Shown here: positions 62,397 to 64,000 of the stretch, piece by piece
Position numbering within the stretch: the stretch's first letter is position 1
Layout: every line of letters starts with the position of its first letter
Notes under the pieces: generated by a model
Database searches by the model: none
What the model was told of the DNA's origin: nothing
The model's input: the letters and a program-made list of their open reading frames with translations, nothing else
Program-made: the position numbers and the translations under genes
DNA from: Macrostomum lignano
Lineage: Eukaryota
Assembly: GCA_002269645.1 (NCBI GenBank)
Contig: NIVC01001569.1
Location: 186,001 to 250,000 of the forward strand
Length of the DNA: 64,000 nucleotides
Direction of reading: 5' to 3'

Positions 62397-63968
62397 ATGC
62401 TACTAGTGTTTTATCTGGCCTGGATTTGGAAACTAAGTTGGATTGTTGCAAGCGTACTTGTCGCATCTTGTGACGGAACAGGTAAATTATTGAACTGCTT
62501 TGCTAAAGTAATAGTGTGGTGTTCTGTTGTATGGTCCCTGCTAGGGACTGCTTGTTTTAAGGTCTGAATTAGGGTCGGGGATTGGGGTGTGTGTTCTGGG
62601 GTCGGGGAGTGGGGTGTGTGTTCTGGGGTCAGGGAGTGGGGTGTGTGTTCTGGGGTCGGGGAGTGGGGTGTGTGTTCTGGGTCGGGGAGTGGGGTGTGTG
62701 TTCTGGGGTCGGGGAGTGGGGTGTGTGTTTTCGGGTCGGGGAGTGGGGTGTGTGTTCTGGGGTCGGGGAGTGGGGTGTGTGTTCTGGGTCGGGGAGTGGG
62801 GTGTGTGTTTTCGGGTCGGGGAGTGGGGTGTGTGTTTTGGGGTCGGGGAGTGGGGTCTTTTGGGGTCGGGGAGTGGGGTGTGTGTTTTGGGGTCGGGGAG
62901 TGGGGTGTGTGTTTTGGGGTCGGGGAGTGGGGTGTGTGTTTTGGGGTCGGGGAGTGGGGTGTGTTTTGGGGTCGGGGAGTGGGGTGTGTGTTTTCTGGGG
63001 TCGGGGAGTGGGGTGTGTGTTTTGGGGTCGGGGAGTGGGGTGTGTGTTCTGGGGTCGGGTAGTGGGGTGTGTTTTGGGGTCGGGGAGTGGGGTGTGTGTT
63101 TTCTGGGGTCGGGGAGTGGGGTGTGTTGTGGGGTCGGGGAGTGGGGTGTGTGTTGTGGGGTCGGGGAGTGGGGTGTGTGTTGTGGGGTCGGGGACTGTGG
63201 TGTATTCTGGGGTGAATTTATTTTTAAATTAGTTTCGTCTGCCTAATTCACTTTTTAGGACCGATATCAGACGAGGGCACGCCGCCTACTTTTATCCATT
63301 GGCCGGCTTCTCAACGTCACGTGATCTTGTTGAAGCCCGATCACGTGACTCTGGAATGCGGCGCATTCGGCGATCCGCCGCCTAATTTAGTGTGGCATCG
63401 AGACGGTCAAGTTATCGCTACTAATAGTAGTCTTGGCCGGAACAAATCTTTCTATGGTGAGCAGATTTTTGTCAATTTTTATCTGATTTTATTAGATCTT
63501 GCAATAAAATAAGCTGGGGGATAAATAAATAAGTCCCTTATTTCTTTTGGATTTTAAAGAGTAAATGCTCGAAGTGCTAAGGGTGAAAATCTTGAGCATC
63601 TTTATTGTGAAATTTTTAGTCTGACCTTTGTAGTAACCAAGAATATATTAATGTTGACTCACTTTCAGTGAACAGCTCGTTTGAGGCAATTTCGCCTGGA
63701 GTCTACCGCTGCCTCGCCGTCAATAGCCTGGGCGTTGCCGTCTCAGACGTTGCCATAGTAACAACCATGGAAGCTGCTCAATCTGCCCCGATAATTACTG
63801 TGAGCAGCAGAGCGGGCGACAGCCTGCGGTTGCCATGCAAAGCTGCTCCAGCCGCGCTCACTGATTCAGGTGGTTCTTCTCACCTGCGTTTGATGGGCGG
63901 CCTGTTTACATGGCACAAATTGATTAGCGCTACTGGCCGGCTGCACACCGTTCCCATGGCAACCGAAG
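62397..63968 (+). CDS. Immunoglobulin-superfamily cell adhesion molecule (L1/neuroglian/contactin/Robo-like), 5' partial; exons 62397-62481, 63259-63456, 63669-63968
   Basis: Signal-peptide exon MLLVFYLAWIWKLSWIVASVLVASCDGT; Ig I-set motifs VTLECGAFGDPPPNLVWHRDG and GVYRCLAVNSLGVAVS; second Ig starts GDSLRLPC; all introns phase 1. The gene continues past the window. Confidence 0.85.
62575..63200 (+). repeat. G-rich 27-28 bp repeat (ggggtcggggagtggggtgtgtgttct), IgCAM intron 1
   Basis: Three G4 runs per unit on the sense strand. Confidence 0.95.
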
Positions 63969-64000
63969 GTTCGACTTGCATTGTCTTATTTGTTTTATTA

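Overview
Repeat-saturated animal genomic DNA with GC-rich exons in AT-rich, minisatellite-filled introns. The architecture resembles a Macrostomum-type flatworm genome (inference only). Five spliced + strand genes can be rebuilt by hand with consistent intron phases: the 3' part of a DEG/ENaC channel (447-2595), an unnamed type I membrane protein (11240-15283/16712), a complete AP-2 transcription factor (24103-35324), a complete FGFR1OP/CEP43 homologue with a 12.1-kb first intron (43171-60705), and the 5' part of an Ig-superfamily adhesion molecule (62397 onward). Nearly all long ORFs in the supplied track are artefacts of tandem repeats. Main patterns: every intron over 300 bp holds its own tandem array while the four short introns (96-212 bp) have none; a nested cluster of non-autonomous DNA transposons at 37.5-41.4 kb (Crypton-like, long-TIR, mariner with an inverted 3' end); hAT MITEs and a modular composite repeat that carry expanding satellites; and a DEG/ENaC pore with Arg at a normally Asp/Asn site. 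All coordinates were read by eye and no database searches were run.
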